DNA of 18,274 nucleotides from Candidatus Eiseniibacteriota bacterium. GTDB taxonomy: Bacteria > ARS69. This document shows, in pieces, positions 1 through 8,001 of the stretch; within the stretch, counting starts at the first letter, position 1; each line of letters starts with the position of its first letter. The notes beneath the pieces are model-generated. The model was not told the DNA's origin and ran no database searches. It was given only the letters and a program-made list of their open reading frames with translations. The stretch is taken from assembly GCA_052390515.1 (NCBI GenBank), contig JBQTGV010000111.1:1-18274 (forward strand), read 5' to 3'. The position numbers and the translations under genes are program-made.

Positions 1-213
1 GCAGGGTGTTCAGCAGAAGCCGATCGCGCGACCGTTGACCCACACCGGCGGCATCTTCGTGTTGAGCCGGGACTTCCGCACCGGGCACTGATCGTTCGCG
101 GTGACGGCCTCGCCCCAGCGCAGCAGCCAGCGCTCGCTTCCCGGAATCGGCACCTTCTCGGCTTCGCCCATCATCGCGGCGACCAGGACGAGGGGCAGCA
201 GCGGGATTCGCAT
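1..213 (-). CDS. Putative secreted YHS/TRASH-like metal-binding (seleno)protein; 3' end truncated by the window, in-frame TGA at 12-10 probably Sec
   Basis: MRIPLLPLVLVAA looks like a signal peptide. The sequence NDQCPV...VNGRAIGFC is followed by TGA (12-10), ACA (T), CCC (P), TGC (C), giving FC-U-TPC. This matches the CPV...GFCCxxC pattern of YHS/TRASH-like domains. Confidence 0.7.
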
Positions 214-225
214 GACCCGACTCTA
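214..225 (-). promoter_or_regulatory. Putative leaderless -10 element (TAGAGT-N6-ATG)
   Basis: Minus strand reads TAGAGT cgggtc ATG(213) with no SD. The TAG is also the stop codon of the upstream DUF523 gene. Confidence 0.45.
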
Positions 226-774
226 AGGGAGCGGTGCGGATCCGGGGGTAATCTCCCCGTAAAGACCGCGACGCACTCGCCGGTACGCGGCTGCCCGCTC
301 GAGGAAGCGCGCGCGGTCCTCGTCCCCCGAGAGGTCCGTCTCCTCGACGACCGGGAGATCGGGATGTGCGGCCGCCAGCGCCGCGGCGAAGAGCCCGCGT
401 CCGGGACCGCCGCCGTGCACCGGGACCGAGCCGAGGCCGCAGCTCGGCGAGCGGCTCTTGAGCACGTAACCGTCGAGGTCGCCGAGGGAGCGCACGCGGC
501 TCCTCGCCCACTCGCTCATGGCGCCGGTCAGGTCCCGCGCTGATACCGTGGCGACCAGCCGGATGCCCTCGCCGCGGCGCTCGAGCCGAATCGGCTCGCG
601 TGGCACGCCGAGTCCGATCTCCACTTCGGGACACACGCGGACCCACTCGACGCGCGGGCCGAGCACGCCGGCGAGCCATTCGTGCCTCTTGTGGCCGCCG
701 TCCCAGCGGACTTCGTCACCGAGGAGACAGGAGGAGATGCCGAGGCGAAGCGGAGGGTCGTCGGGCTCGCCCAC
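223..774 (-). CDS. DUF523 / 2-thiouracil desulfurase (TudS)-family Fe-S protein
   Basis: Family motifs GISSCLLG..VRWDGGHK, CPEVEIGLGVPREPI and LKSRSPSCG. GTG start. No DUF1722 domain follows. Confidence 0.92.
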   Translation of the reverse strand: MGEPDDPPLRLGISSCLLGDEVRWDGGHKRHEWLAGVLGPRVEWVRVCPEVEIGLGVPREPIRLERRGEGIRLVATVSARDLTGAMSEWARSRVRSLGDLDGYVLKSRSPSCGLGSVPVHGGGPGRGLFAAALAAAHPDLPVVEETDLSGDEDRARFLERAAAYRRVRRGLYGEITPGSAPLP

Positions 775-1004
775 GAACGCGGCTCAGGACGATTCGACGG
801 ACGAGATTCTCTTCGCGAGATGCACGGCGCAGACGCACGCCGTCTTCTGCGCGGGAGCGGGCGGCGCGCGGCGCAAGGAGTGCCGGATGAGAGCGGGATC
901 GTCGTACCCGAGGCTGCCGGAGACCGGTCGGGCAACCGGCCAGCGCCCCTCCGATGTCGGCTTCCGCAACATGGCAACCGCCGAGCCCAGGTTCGGCGCG
1001 GATC

Positions 1005-2042
1005 CTACGGAGTCCGCCTCGGAAAGTCCAGACCCGGCGCGGGTTCCGGCATGTCCAGGACGGCCTGACCGTCGAGCCGCGCGGCCTTCACATCCTGCAG
1101 CGCTTCGTTGGCCCGGGCGAAGGCGTAGCGGACCACCTCCGCGCGGAGCGGGGCCCGCACGGCGAAATCCAGAAATTCGGCGGCGTCGGCACGCGTGACG
1201 TGGGAGACGGTGCGCACGACCCGCTCGCCGAAGAGACCCTCGAAGCGCACCAGCAGCAGGTCGGAGAGGTGCACGGCGTTGACCACGAGCGTGCCGCCGC
1301 GCCGGAGGTGGCGGAGGCAGTCCATGACCAGCCGCCCCGAGGGGGCGAACAGGATTTCGGCATGGCACTCCGCCGGCTCGGCCTCGTCCAGCCCGCCGGC
1401 CCAGGCCGCGCCCATTTCCCGGGCGCGGCGGCGGTGTTCTTCGCCCCGGGTGAAGACCCGCACCTCGCAGCCGAGGTGCAGGGCGGCCTGCAGCACGAGA
1501 TGGGCGGAGGCCCCGAACCCGATGAGGCCGAGCCGCTCCTTGGGCCGAGCCCCGGAGAGGCGCAGGGCGCGCCAGCCGATCACGCCGGCGCAGAGCAGGG
1601 GCGCGGCGTCGGGCGCGGCCAGCTCTCCGGGCAGCGGGACGACAAAGTCCTCGCGGGCGGTGACGAACTGGGCGAAGCCGCCGTCCCGGTCCCAGCCCGT
1701 GAAGCGCGCGGAAGCGCAGAGGTTCTCGCGGCCTTCGCGGCAGAACTCGCAGGCGCCGCAGGCCTCGGCCAGCCAGGTCACCCCGACGACGGCGCCGGGA
1801 GCGAGGCGCGTGGTGTCCAGCCCGAGCGCGTCCACCACGCCGCCGATCTGGTGACCGGGCACGACGGAGGGGCGCCGCGGAGGGAGATCGCCCTCGGCGA
1901 GATGCACGTCGGTGCGGCATACGCCGCAGGCGAGCACGCGGAGCCGCACCTCGCCGCGGCACGGCACCGGGATCGGCAGCCGCCGCTCGACGAGCGGGGC
2001 TTCCTCCACGGGACGCGGGGCTCCGACGACCCACGCACGCAC
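1005..2042 (-). CDS. Zinc-dependent alcohol dehydrogenase family protein (MDR)
   Basis: CGVCRTDVH, PGHQ, structural Zn cysteines CGACEFC...NLC, APLLCAG and GFGASAH. Start placed at GTG 2042 (VRAWVV) after an AGGAG SD rather than at 2105. Confidence 0.93.
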   Translation of the reverse strand: MRAWVVGAPRPVEEAPLVERRLPIPVPCRGEVRLRVLACGVCRTDVHLAEGDLPPRRPSVVPGHQIGGVVDALGLDTTRLAPGAVVGVTWLAEACGACEFCREGRENLCASARFTGWDRDGGFAQFVTAREDFVVPLPGELAAPDAAPLLCAGVIGWRALRLSGARPKERLGLIGFGASAHLVLQAALHLGCEVRVFTRGEEHRRRAREMGAAWAGGLDEAEPAECHAEILFAPSGRLVMDCLRHLRRGGTLVVNAVHLSDLLLVRFEGLFGERVVRTVSHVTRADAAEFLDFAVRAPLRAEVVRYAFARANEALQDVKAARLDGQAVLDMPEPAPGLDFPRRTP

Positions 2043-2125
2043 GGCGCGCTCCTGTTCCTCGAGCGAGCGCGAGCGTACGTTACCCGCGTGCCTGCCGTCA
2101 CCCATCCCGCATCCGGAGGTAGATC

Positions 2126-3025
2126 ATGAAGGTCGCCGTCACCACCCCGACCGGCCACATCGGCGGCGTCGTGACCGATGCACTGCTGCGTGCCGGCGCC
2201 GACGTCGTACTGCTCGTGCGCGATCCCGCGAAGGTGAAGGGCTTCACGGCGCGCGGGGCAGCGGCACAGGCAGGTTCCCTGGAGGACGCGGAGTTCGTGA
2301 GGCGGGCGACGCGAGCGACGGACTGCCTCTTCTGGGTGACCCCGCCGAGCTTCGGTGCGGCGGACTTCCGCGGCTACCAGAACGTGCTCGGGCGAAGCGC
2401 GGCCGCTGCGGTCCGGGCGAACCGCATCGCGCGGGTGGTGCTGGTCTCGAGCCTCGGCGCGCAGCACGCCTCCGGGACCGGTCCGATCCTCGGCCTGCAC
2501 GACACGGAGAAGCTGCTGACCGGCGCGGCGCCGCACGTCACCTGCCTTCGCCCAGGCATGTTCATGGAGAACCACCTGAACAGCATCGAGGCCGTGCGCC
2601 AGGCGAAGAGCGTCTTCCTGCCGATTCCGGGCTCCTGGACCACGCGCTTCATCGCCACGCGGGACATCGGCGAGATGGCCGCGAAGCGCGTCCTCGACAC
2701 GGGCTGGCGTGGGCACGAGATCCGCGAGCTGCACGGCCCGGAGGAGCTGAGCTTCGACGGCGCGGCGGCGGCCCTCTCCGAGGCCCTCGGGGAGCGCGTG
2801 ACACACGTGCAGGTCACGCTGGAGCAGACCCGCGAGGCGCTCCTCGGCATGGGCGCGAGCCCGAGCGTCGCGGCGGCGTACGTCGAGCTGTTCGAAGGCG
2901 CGGCGCGGGGCCTGCTCGAGCCGACCCAGCCGCCCACGCCGGAGACGACGGCGAAGACCACGTTCGCGCGCTTCGCCCACGAAGTGCTCGCGCCGGCCGT
3001 CCGCGGCGCGGCGCCGGCCCGGTAG
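2126..3025 (+). CDS. NmrA-like / atypical SDR NAD(P)H-binding protein
   Basis: N-terminal Rossmann variant VAVTTPTGHIGG, plus VSSLGA, LRPGMFMEN, IATRDIG and LHGPEELS. GGAGGT SD upstream of the ATG. Confidence 0.92.
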   Translation: MKVAVTTPTGHIGGVVTDALLRAGADVVLLVRDPAKVKGFTARGAAAQAGSLEDAEFVRRATRATDCLFWVTPPSFGAADFRGYQNVLGRSAAAAVRANRIARVVLVSSLGAQHASGTGPILGLHDTEKLLTGAAPHVTCLRPGMFMENHLNSIEAVRQAKSVFLPIPGSWTTRFIATRDIGEMAAKRVLDTGWRGHEIRELHGPEELSFDGAAAALSEALGERVTHVQVTLEQTREALLGMGASPSVAAAYVELFEGAARGLLEPTQPPTPETTAKTTFARFAHEVLAPAVRGAAPAR

Positions 3026-3256
3026 GCCGACCGGGGCCGCCCAGCCGGGCAATCTCCGCTCAACTCGCCGGCCCCTCGTGCCGTTTCCAGAGCGAGGACG
3101 GCAGGGTCGGCCCCGAGGATGTGCCAGGGCCGGCGCCCGAAGCCAGAGGTCCGCCCCTCGGCAGCAGGACCCGGAGCCGGAAGGCCCCGGGAGAAGGCCC
3201 GGGAAGACTCGCCCGGGATCGGTCGGACGGGGAGCCCGGGGTAGCCGGGATTCGAC

Positions 3257-3284
3257 TCAAGTCCCCGCAATCGCGCGCCGATTC
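3257..3284 (+). promoter_or_regulatory. Candidate sigma28 (FliA/WhiG)-type promoter
   Basis: TCAAG(3257-3261)-N15-GCCGATTC(3277-3284), about 50 nt upstream of the HTH gene. Resembles the T(A/C)AAG...GCCGATAA consensus. Confidence 0.5.
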
Positions 3285-3333
3285 CAGCGAAGAGAATCAA
3301 CTCGCGCCCTCGGAATCTCATGGGGAGAAGCAC

Positions 3334-3528
3334 ATGGAGAGGAGCAAGAGCGCTTCGGGTGTCAACGGCATCATGGACATCAGTGAAGCCGCGGACTACC
3401 TGCACATCAAGAAGTGGACGCTCTACCGACTCGTGAAGCGCGGCAAGATCCCGGGCATCAAGGTCGGTGGTCAGTGGAGGTTCAAGAAGGAAGTCCTCGA
3501 CGAGATGTTCACCCGCAACGCGGACTGA
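3334..3528 (+). CDS. HTH_17 (excisionase-family) DNA-binding protein, 64 aa
   Basis: IMDISEAADYLHIKKWTLYRLVKRGKIPGIKVGGQWRF is the classic HTH_17 signature. GGGGAG SD precedes ATG 3334. It is the C-terminal end of track ORF 1912..3528. Confidence 0.92.
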   Translation: MERSKSASGVNGIMDISEAADYLHIKKWTLYRLVKRGKIPGIKVGGQWRFKKEVLDEMFTRNAD

Positions 3529-3807
3529 TCGCCGGGGTTTCCAGGCTCTCGCCCAGGCCTCCCAGAACCCCATGAGATCTGGGCCAGGTGCTCGCCTCGA
3601 ACGAATCGGGGCGAGCACATTCTTTTTGGCTGGGGATCGTTCCCCGACCTCCGCTGAGAGCTTCTCCCCACATCGCCCCGTCCGGTTGCGGATCCTGTCC
3701 GCTCATCTCGCGCCGGCGGCGCACCCGTCTGGCTTTCGCTTGCGGATTCCGCGCAATCCCGCGGCGATCCGAGCGCGTCGTGCCGCGCCGGCCGCCTCCC
3801 CCGCCTC

Positions 3808-3823
3808 TGGTCCCGAGCTTGCT
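3808..3823 (+). promoter_or_regulatory. Candidate sigma54 (-24/-12) promoter
   Basis: TGGTCCCGAGCTTGCT has GG-N10-GC spacing with TTGCT at -12. It lies about 40 nt upstream of the TPR gene, at the end of a ~330 nt intergenic region. Confidence 0.5.
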
Positions 3824-3864
3824 CTGCATCTCCCGAACACGGCTCGCCGGGTTCCGGAGGGACC

Positions 3865-4629
3865 ATGCCACGCGGGTTCGCTCATCGCTTCCTCTTCGCC
3901 GTCCGTGCCGCCTCGTGCGGCGCGTTTGTCTCGGCCGCCCTACCGGTGCCCTGCACGGCTCAGTCCGTGCTCGAGGGCAACGTCGTCGACACGCCCTTCT
4001 CGTCCTGGGACCTGAGTGCCGACCGCGTCTTCCGGGAAGAGCAGGGCCACTCGGAGTACTCCGCCGAGATCCACTACGATCTCGGGCTGTACTTCTACGA
4101 GCGCGGCGAGTACGACCTCTCGCTGCGGCACTACCGCAAGGCCACCGAGATCGACCCGACCTTCCCGGAGGCCTACTTCGGCATCGGCCTCCTGTTCTAC
4201 ACGCTCGGCGACGACGAGAACGCGATCCGCTACTACCTGCGCTCTCTGGAAGAGAACCCGGAGGACGCCGACACCCGCAACAACCTCGGACTCATCTACT
4301 ACCGCAGCGGCGAGCTGGACCTGGCCCGCGAGCAGATCGAGGAGGCTCTGCGCCTGCAGCCCGCCTTCCCCGACGCGCTCTACAACCTGGGTCTGGTGCA
4401 CTACCAGAAGCACGAGCTGGACGCGGCGGTGAAGAACTTCCAGCAGGCCCTCGTCCACGATCCCGAGTACATGCGGGCCCGCTTCAACCTCGGCGTCGTG
4501 TACTACGAGCTGGGCCAGCACGTGCTCGCCGAGGAGCAGTGGGCGAAGGTCATGGCTTCGGATCCCGACTCCGAGCTCGCCGCGCAGGCGCGCGAGAACA
4601 TGACCATGCTGGAGGGCGAGGGGCGCTAG
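3865..4629 (+). CDS. Tetratricopeptide repeat protein, probably exported
   Basis: About five 34-aa TPRs (AEIHYDLG, PEAYFGIG, ADTRNNLG, PDALYNLG, MRARFNLG). Signal-like N-terminus, GGAGG SD and strong GC3 bias. Confidence 0.92.
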   Translation: MPRGFAHRFLFAVRAASCGAFVSAALPVPCTAQSVLEGNVVDTPFSSWDLSADRVFREEQGHSEYSAEIHYDLGLYFYERGEYDLSLRHYRKATEIDPTFPEAYFGIGLLFYTLGDDENAIRYYLRSLEENPEDADTRNNLGLIYYRSGELDLAREQIEEALRLQPAFPDALYNLGLVHYQKHELDAAVKNFQQALVHDPEYMRARFNLGVVYYELGQHVLAEEQWAKVMASDPDSELAAQARENMTMLEGEGR

Positions 4630-4771
4630 TCTTCCGTCTCGCAAGAGATGATCCAGATCGCCTCGCTACCGCTCGCTCGGCATCCGTGCCGCGCTGGCTT
4701 CGTTGCCGCCGGCGTCCGGCCCGCCCCACCGCCCCGAAAACCGCTCATCGCCTCCGCCGCCCGGCAACGGG

Positions 4772-4786
4772 TACGATGCGCAGATG
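4772..4786 (+). promoter_or_regulatory. Putative leaderless -10 element (TACGAT-N6-ATG)
   Basis: TACGAT gcgcag ATG(4784), with no SD upstream of this ATG. Confidence 0.5.
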
Positions 4787-7153
4787 GAAGCCGACGAGGA
4801 TCGGACCGACCTGCTCCGGAGCGCGGTGGCGGGCGACCGGTGGGACGTGCCGGCGCTTTCGTTCGTCGGACGCGTCGTCGGTCCGTACCGGATCCTCGAG
4901 CACCTCGGATCGGGCGGAATGGGTACCGTCTACCTGGCCGAACGCGCGGACGAGCACTTCCAGCAGCGCGTGGCTCTCAAGATCCTGCGCGCGGAGGCCA
5001 GCGACCGGAACCTGAGAGACCGCTTCCACGTCGAGCGGCAGCTCCTTGCGCGGCTGCAGCATCCCAAGATCGCGCGGCTGTACGACGGGGGTGTCACCGA
5101 GGACGGACGTCCGTGGTTCGCCATGGAGCACGTCATCGGTCGTGTGCTGGACCGGCACTGCATCGAGGAGAACCTGCCGATCGCGCGGCGCGTCGAGCTG
5201 CTGATCCAGGTGTGCGAGGCCGTCCAGTACGCTCACGCCAACATGATCGTGCATCGGGACCTCAAGCCCTCGAACATCCTGGTGACCCCGCAAGGCGAAG
5301 TGCGCCTGCTCGACTTCGGCATCGCCAAGCCGCTGGAGCTGGAAGAGGCGAAGACCCGGCTCACGCGCACCGGCGGCCACGTCATGACACCGGAGTACGC
5401 GAGCCCGGAGCAGGTCCGCGGCGAGCCGATTTCGGCGGCCTCCGACGTGTACTCGCTCGGGGTCGTGCTGTATCGGGTGCTCGTCGATCGCCCCCCCTAC
5501 CACCTGGCAGGCCTGACGCCCGCGGAGCTCGAGCGAGTGGTCTGCGAGGCGGAGCCGCCCCCGCCGAGCAGCGTGGCCTCGGATGCCGCGCTCCGCCGCA
5601 CCCTCTCCGGCGACCTGGATACGATCGCCCTCAAGGCGCTGGCCAAGGCGCCGCAGCGGCGCTACGCGTCGGTCGAGGCGCTGGCGGACGACCTTCGCCG
5701 CTACCTCGACGGGCGGCCGGTGCTGGCCCGACCCGACTCGACCGCGTATCGAGTCCGCAAGTTCGTCCGCCGTCATCGCTGGGCGGTGACCGCGGCCGCA
5801 GCGGTCGTCCTCTCGCTGCTCGCCGGCGTCGCGGGAACCTCCTGGCAGGCAGAGGAAGCGCGCGCCCACGCCGAGACGGCATCGATGGAGCGCGACCGCG
5901 CGCAGCGCGTCTCGGAGATGCTGGTCAAACTCTTCGAAGGGACCGATCCGGGCACGGTCGGACCCGAGGCGGCCGCGGTCCGCGGCCTGCTCGATCGGGG
6001 ACGCGAGCGCATGGAAGCCGATCTGGAAGATGATCCTGCGGTTCGCGCGACGCTGGCTCTCACGATGGGGCGCGCCTATCGGAACCTCGGAGTGTACGCG
6101 GACGCGGAGACGCTCCTCACCAAGGCGCTCGGCGAACGGCGCGCGCTCGCGGGGGGGGCCGGCGACGCCTCCGTCGCCGAAGTGCTGTGCCAGCTCGGCA
6201 ATGTGCTGCTCGACCTGGGACGGGTGGAGGAGGCGGGGCGAAGCTTCCGTGAGGCTCTGGACATCCTGAACAGAGACTCCGGCGCGAACCGCGTTCTGGT
6301 GTCGAACCTGCACCAGGGGCTCGGCGCTGCGCATCAGCACCTGGCGGAGCTGGACAGCGCCATCGCGCACTACGAAGTGGCCGTCGGAATCGTGCGGGGG
6401 GATCCCGAGCGGTTCGAGCCGCACGACCTGGCGATCGCGCTCAGCAACCTGGGAGCGGCTCGACACCACGCCGGCGATCTCGTCGCCGCGGACAGCCTGC
6501 TCGGGGAGGCGGTCGAGATCCACGACCGCCGACCCACGATGACCTCCAGCCACGCCACCGCGCTGAACAACCTGGCGTCGCTGCGTGCCAAGCAAGGCGA
6601 TCACGCCGCCGCGGAAACCCTGCTGCGGAAGTCCCTGACCATCCGAGAGCAGGTCTTCGGCGAGGGACATCCTCTCGTCGCCGCGAGCCGCAACAACCTC
6701 GCCTCGATCCTGCAGCGCCAGGGGAAGCATGACGAAGCCGAGCGGCTCCATCGACAGGCGCTGGCCGACCGGCGCGCGGCGTTCGGCGACGTGCACACCT
6801 CCGTGGCGCACAGCCTGAACAATCTGGGCATCGTGCTTCGGAACCGCGGCGACCTGGCCGGCGCCGAGCCCCTGCTCCGCGAGTCCCTGGACATCCGCCG
6901 CAAGCTCTATCCGGAAGCGCATCCCGAGCTGGCGCGCGGGGCGTACAACCTCGGCCAGCTCGTGCATCGGCTGGGGCGGACCGAAGAGGCCGAGCGCCTG
7001 TACCGCGAGGCGCTGGAGATGCGGAGAACGCTCCTCGGCGAGCGAGATCCGGACACGATCGACGCCGCGGCTTCTCTCGGGAAGCTGCTGGCGGAGACCG
7101 GGCGAGCCGCGGAAGCCGACGCGCTGGCCGCCGCGTACCCGAACTCGGAATGA
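4784..7153 (+). CDS. Membrane-anchored Hanks-type Ser/Thr protein kinase with C-terminal TPR repeats
   Basis: Kinase motifs GSGGMG, VALK, HRDLKPSN, DFG, TPEYASPEQ and SDVYSLG are intact. TM segment WAVTAAAAVVLSLLAGVAG, then TPR_10/12-type repeats (LNNLA...A L.IR...FGEGHP). Start at ATG 4784 preferred over 4703. Confidence 0.95.
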   Translation: MEADEDRTDLLRSAVAGDRWDVPALSFVGRVVGPYRILEHLGSGGMGTVYLAERADEHFQQRVALKILRAEASDRNLRDRFHVERQLLARLQHPKIARLYDGGVTEDGRPWFAMEHVIGRVLDRHCIEENLPIARRVELLIQVCEAVQYAHANMIVHRDLKPSNILVTPQGEVRLLDFGIAKPLELEEAKTRLTRTGGHVMTPEYASPEQVRGEPISAASDVYSLGVVLYRVLVDRPPYHLAGLTPAELERVVCEAEPPPPSSVASDAALRRTLSGDLDTIALKALAKAPQRRYASVEALADDLRRYLDGRPVLARPDSTAYRVRKFVRRHRWAVTAAAAVVLSLLAGVAGTSWQAEEARAHAETASMERDRAQRVSEMLVKLFEGTDPGTVGPEAAAVRGLLDRGRERMEADLEDDPAVRATLALTMGRAYRNLGVYADAETLLTKALGERRALAGGAGDASVAEVLCQLGNVLLDLGRVEEAGRSFREALDILNRDSGANRVLVSNLHQGLGAAHQHLAELDSAIAHYEVAVGIVRGDPERFEPHDLAIALSNLGAARHHAGDLVAADSLLGEAVEIHDRRPTMTSSHATALNNLASLRAKQGDHAAAETLLRKSLTIREQVFGEGHPLVAASRNNLASILQRQGKHDEAERLHRQALADRRAAFGDVHTSVAHSLNNLGIVLRNRGDLAGAEPLLRESLDIRRKLYPEAHPELARGAYNLGQLVHRLGRTEEAERLYREALEMRRTLLGERDPDTIDAAASLGKLLAETGRAAEADALAAAYPNSE

Positions 7154-7911
7154 GCGTCTCCCCGATCTGGTTCCCCGTCTTCCTGATCGCCGGTTTCGTG
7201 GCCGGGTTCTTCAACACCGTGGCGGGCGGCGGCTCGCTGATCACGTTTCCGCTGCTCGTCCTGCTGGGCTTCTCGCCGCAGGTGGCGAACGGGACGATCC
7301 GCGTCGCCATCCTGTTCCAGAACGCCGCCTCGATCTCCACGTTCGCGCGCCTCGGCCACTTCCACCCCCGCGCCTCGCTGATCTGCGCGGCGGTCACCGT
7401 ACCGGCGTCGATCCTCGGTGCGTTCGCCGCGGTGCGGATGGACGCAGGTTCCTTTCGCAGCGTCTCCGCGGTCCTGCTCCTCGCCGTGTTGGCGACGCTG
7501 TTCTTTTCGCCGACCTCGTGGACCCGCGAGGAGACGAACCGCCGCATTCGCTGGGGGCCGATGCTCCCGCTCCTCGTGGTCGTCGGTTTCTACGGAGGGT
7601 TCTTCCAGGTCGGCGTGGGCATGCACTTCCTCGCCGCGGCCGTGCTCGTCGGCGGCTGGGACCTGGTGGCCGCGAACTCCATCAAGGTCGCGGTGATCCT
7701 GCTGTTCATCATCGCGTCGCTGTTCGTGTTCGCCGCGCACGGCCAGGTGGACTGGCCGGTGGGGCTCGCGCTGGGCGTCGGCAACATGATCGGTGGTTGG
7801 GCCGGCGCGCACGCCGCGGTCAAGAAAGGGCCGGGATGGATCCGCTGGACGATGGTGGCGATGGGAGTGGCCGCGGCGGCGAAGCTCGTCTGGGATGCTT
7901 CGAAGGGCTGA
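7150..7911 (+). CDS. Sulfite exporter TauE/SafE family membrane protein
   Basis: AGFFNTVAGGGSLITFP, ANGT and GFYGGFFQVGVG motifs, about 8 hydrophobic helices. ATGA overlap with the kinase stop. Confidence 0.92.
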   Translation: MSVSPIWFPVFLIAGFVAGFFNTVAGGGSLITFPLLVLLGFSPQVANGTIRVAILFQNAASISTFARLGHFHPRASLICAAVTVPASILGAFAAVRMDAGSFRSVSAVLLLAVLATLFFSPTSWTREETNRRIRWGPMLPLLVVVGFYGGFFQVGVGMHFLAAAVLVGGWDLVAANSIKVAVILLFIIASLFVFAAHGQVDWPVGLALGVGNMIGGWAGAHAAVKKGPGWIRWTMVAMGVAAAAKLVWDASKG

Positions 7912-8001
7912 GCGACGTCGACCCGCGCGCCGGAACGGCGGCCGCCGGTGGCGAGTTCCTTCCACCCTTGCCATAGTGCGCGCGCCTCGCCGGAGGTGCT
8001 G

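Noticed and set aside
872-887. Minus-strand CGGCACTCCTTGC as a sigma54 promoter for DUF523
   Set aside because: GG-to-GC spacing is 8 nt instead of the required 10.
916-950. GGAGA followed by a GCAA-tetraloop hairpin and CGCC, reminiscent of a glycine riboswitch
   Set aside because: Lacks the CCGAAG and CTCTCAGG elements, and lies on the strand opposite the flanking genes.
3230-3270. GGATTCGACTC resembling a tRNA T-loop or att site next to an excisionase-like gene
   Set aside because: No T-stem pairing, cloverleaf or CCA end, and no integrase in the window.
3533-3572. Imperfect GGGGTT...AACCCC inverted repeat after the HTH gene as a terminator
   Set aside because: The stem is interrupted, the loop is large and there is no U-tract, so support is insufficient.
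6430-7090. Periodic DNA similarity (AACAACCT... about every 126 nt) as a repeat array or CRISPR
   Set aside because: Explained by the 42-aa TPR repeats of the kinase. There are no identical repeats with unique spacers.
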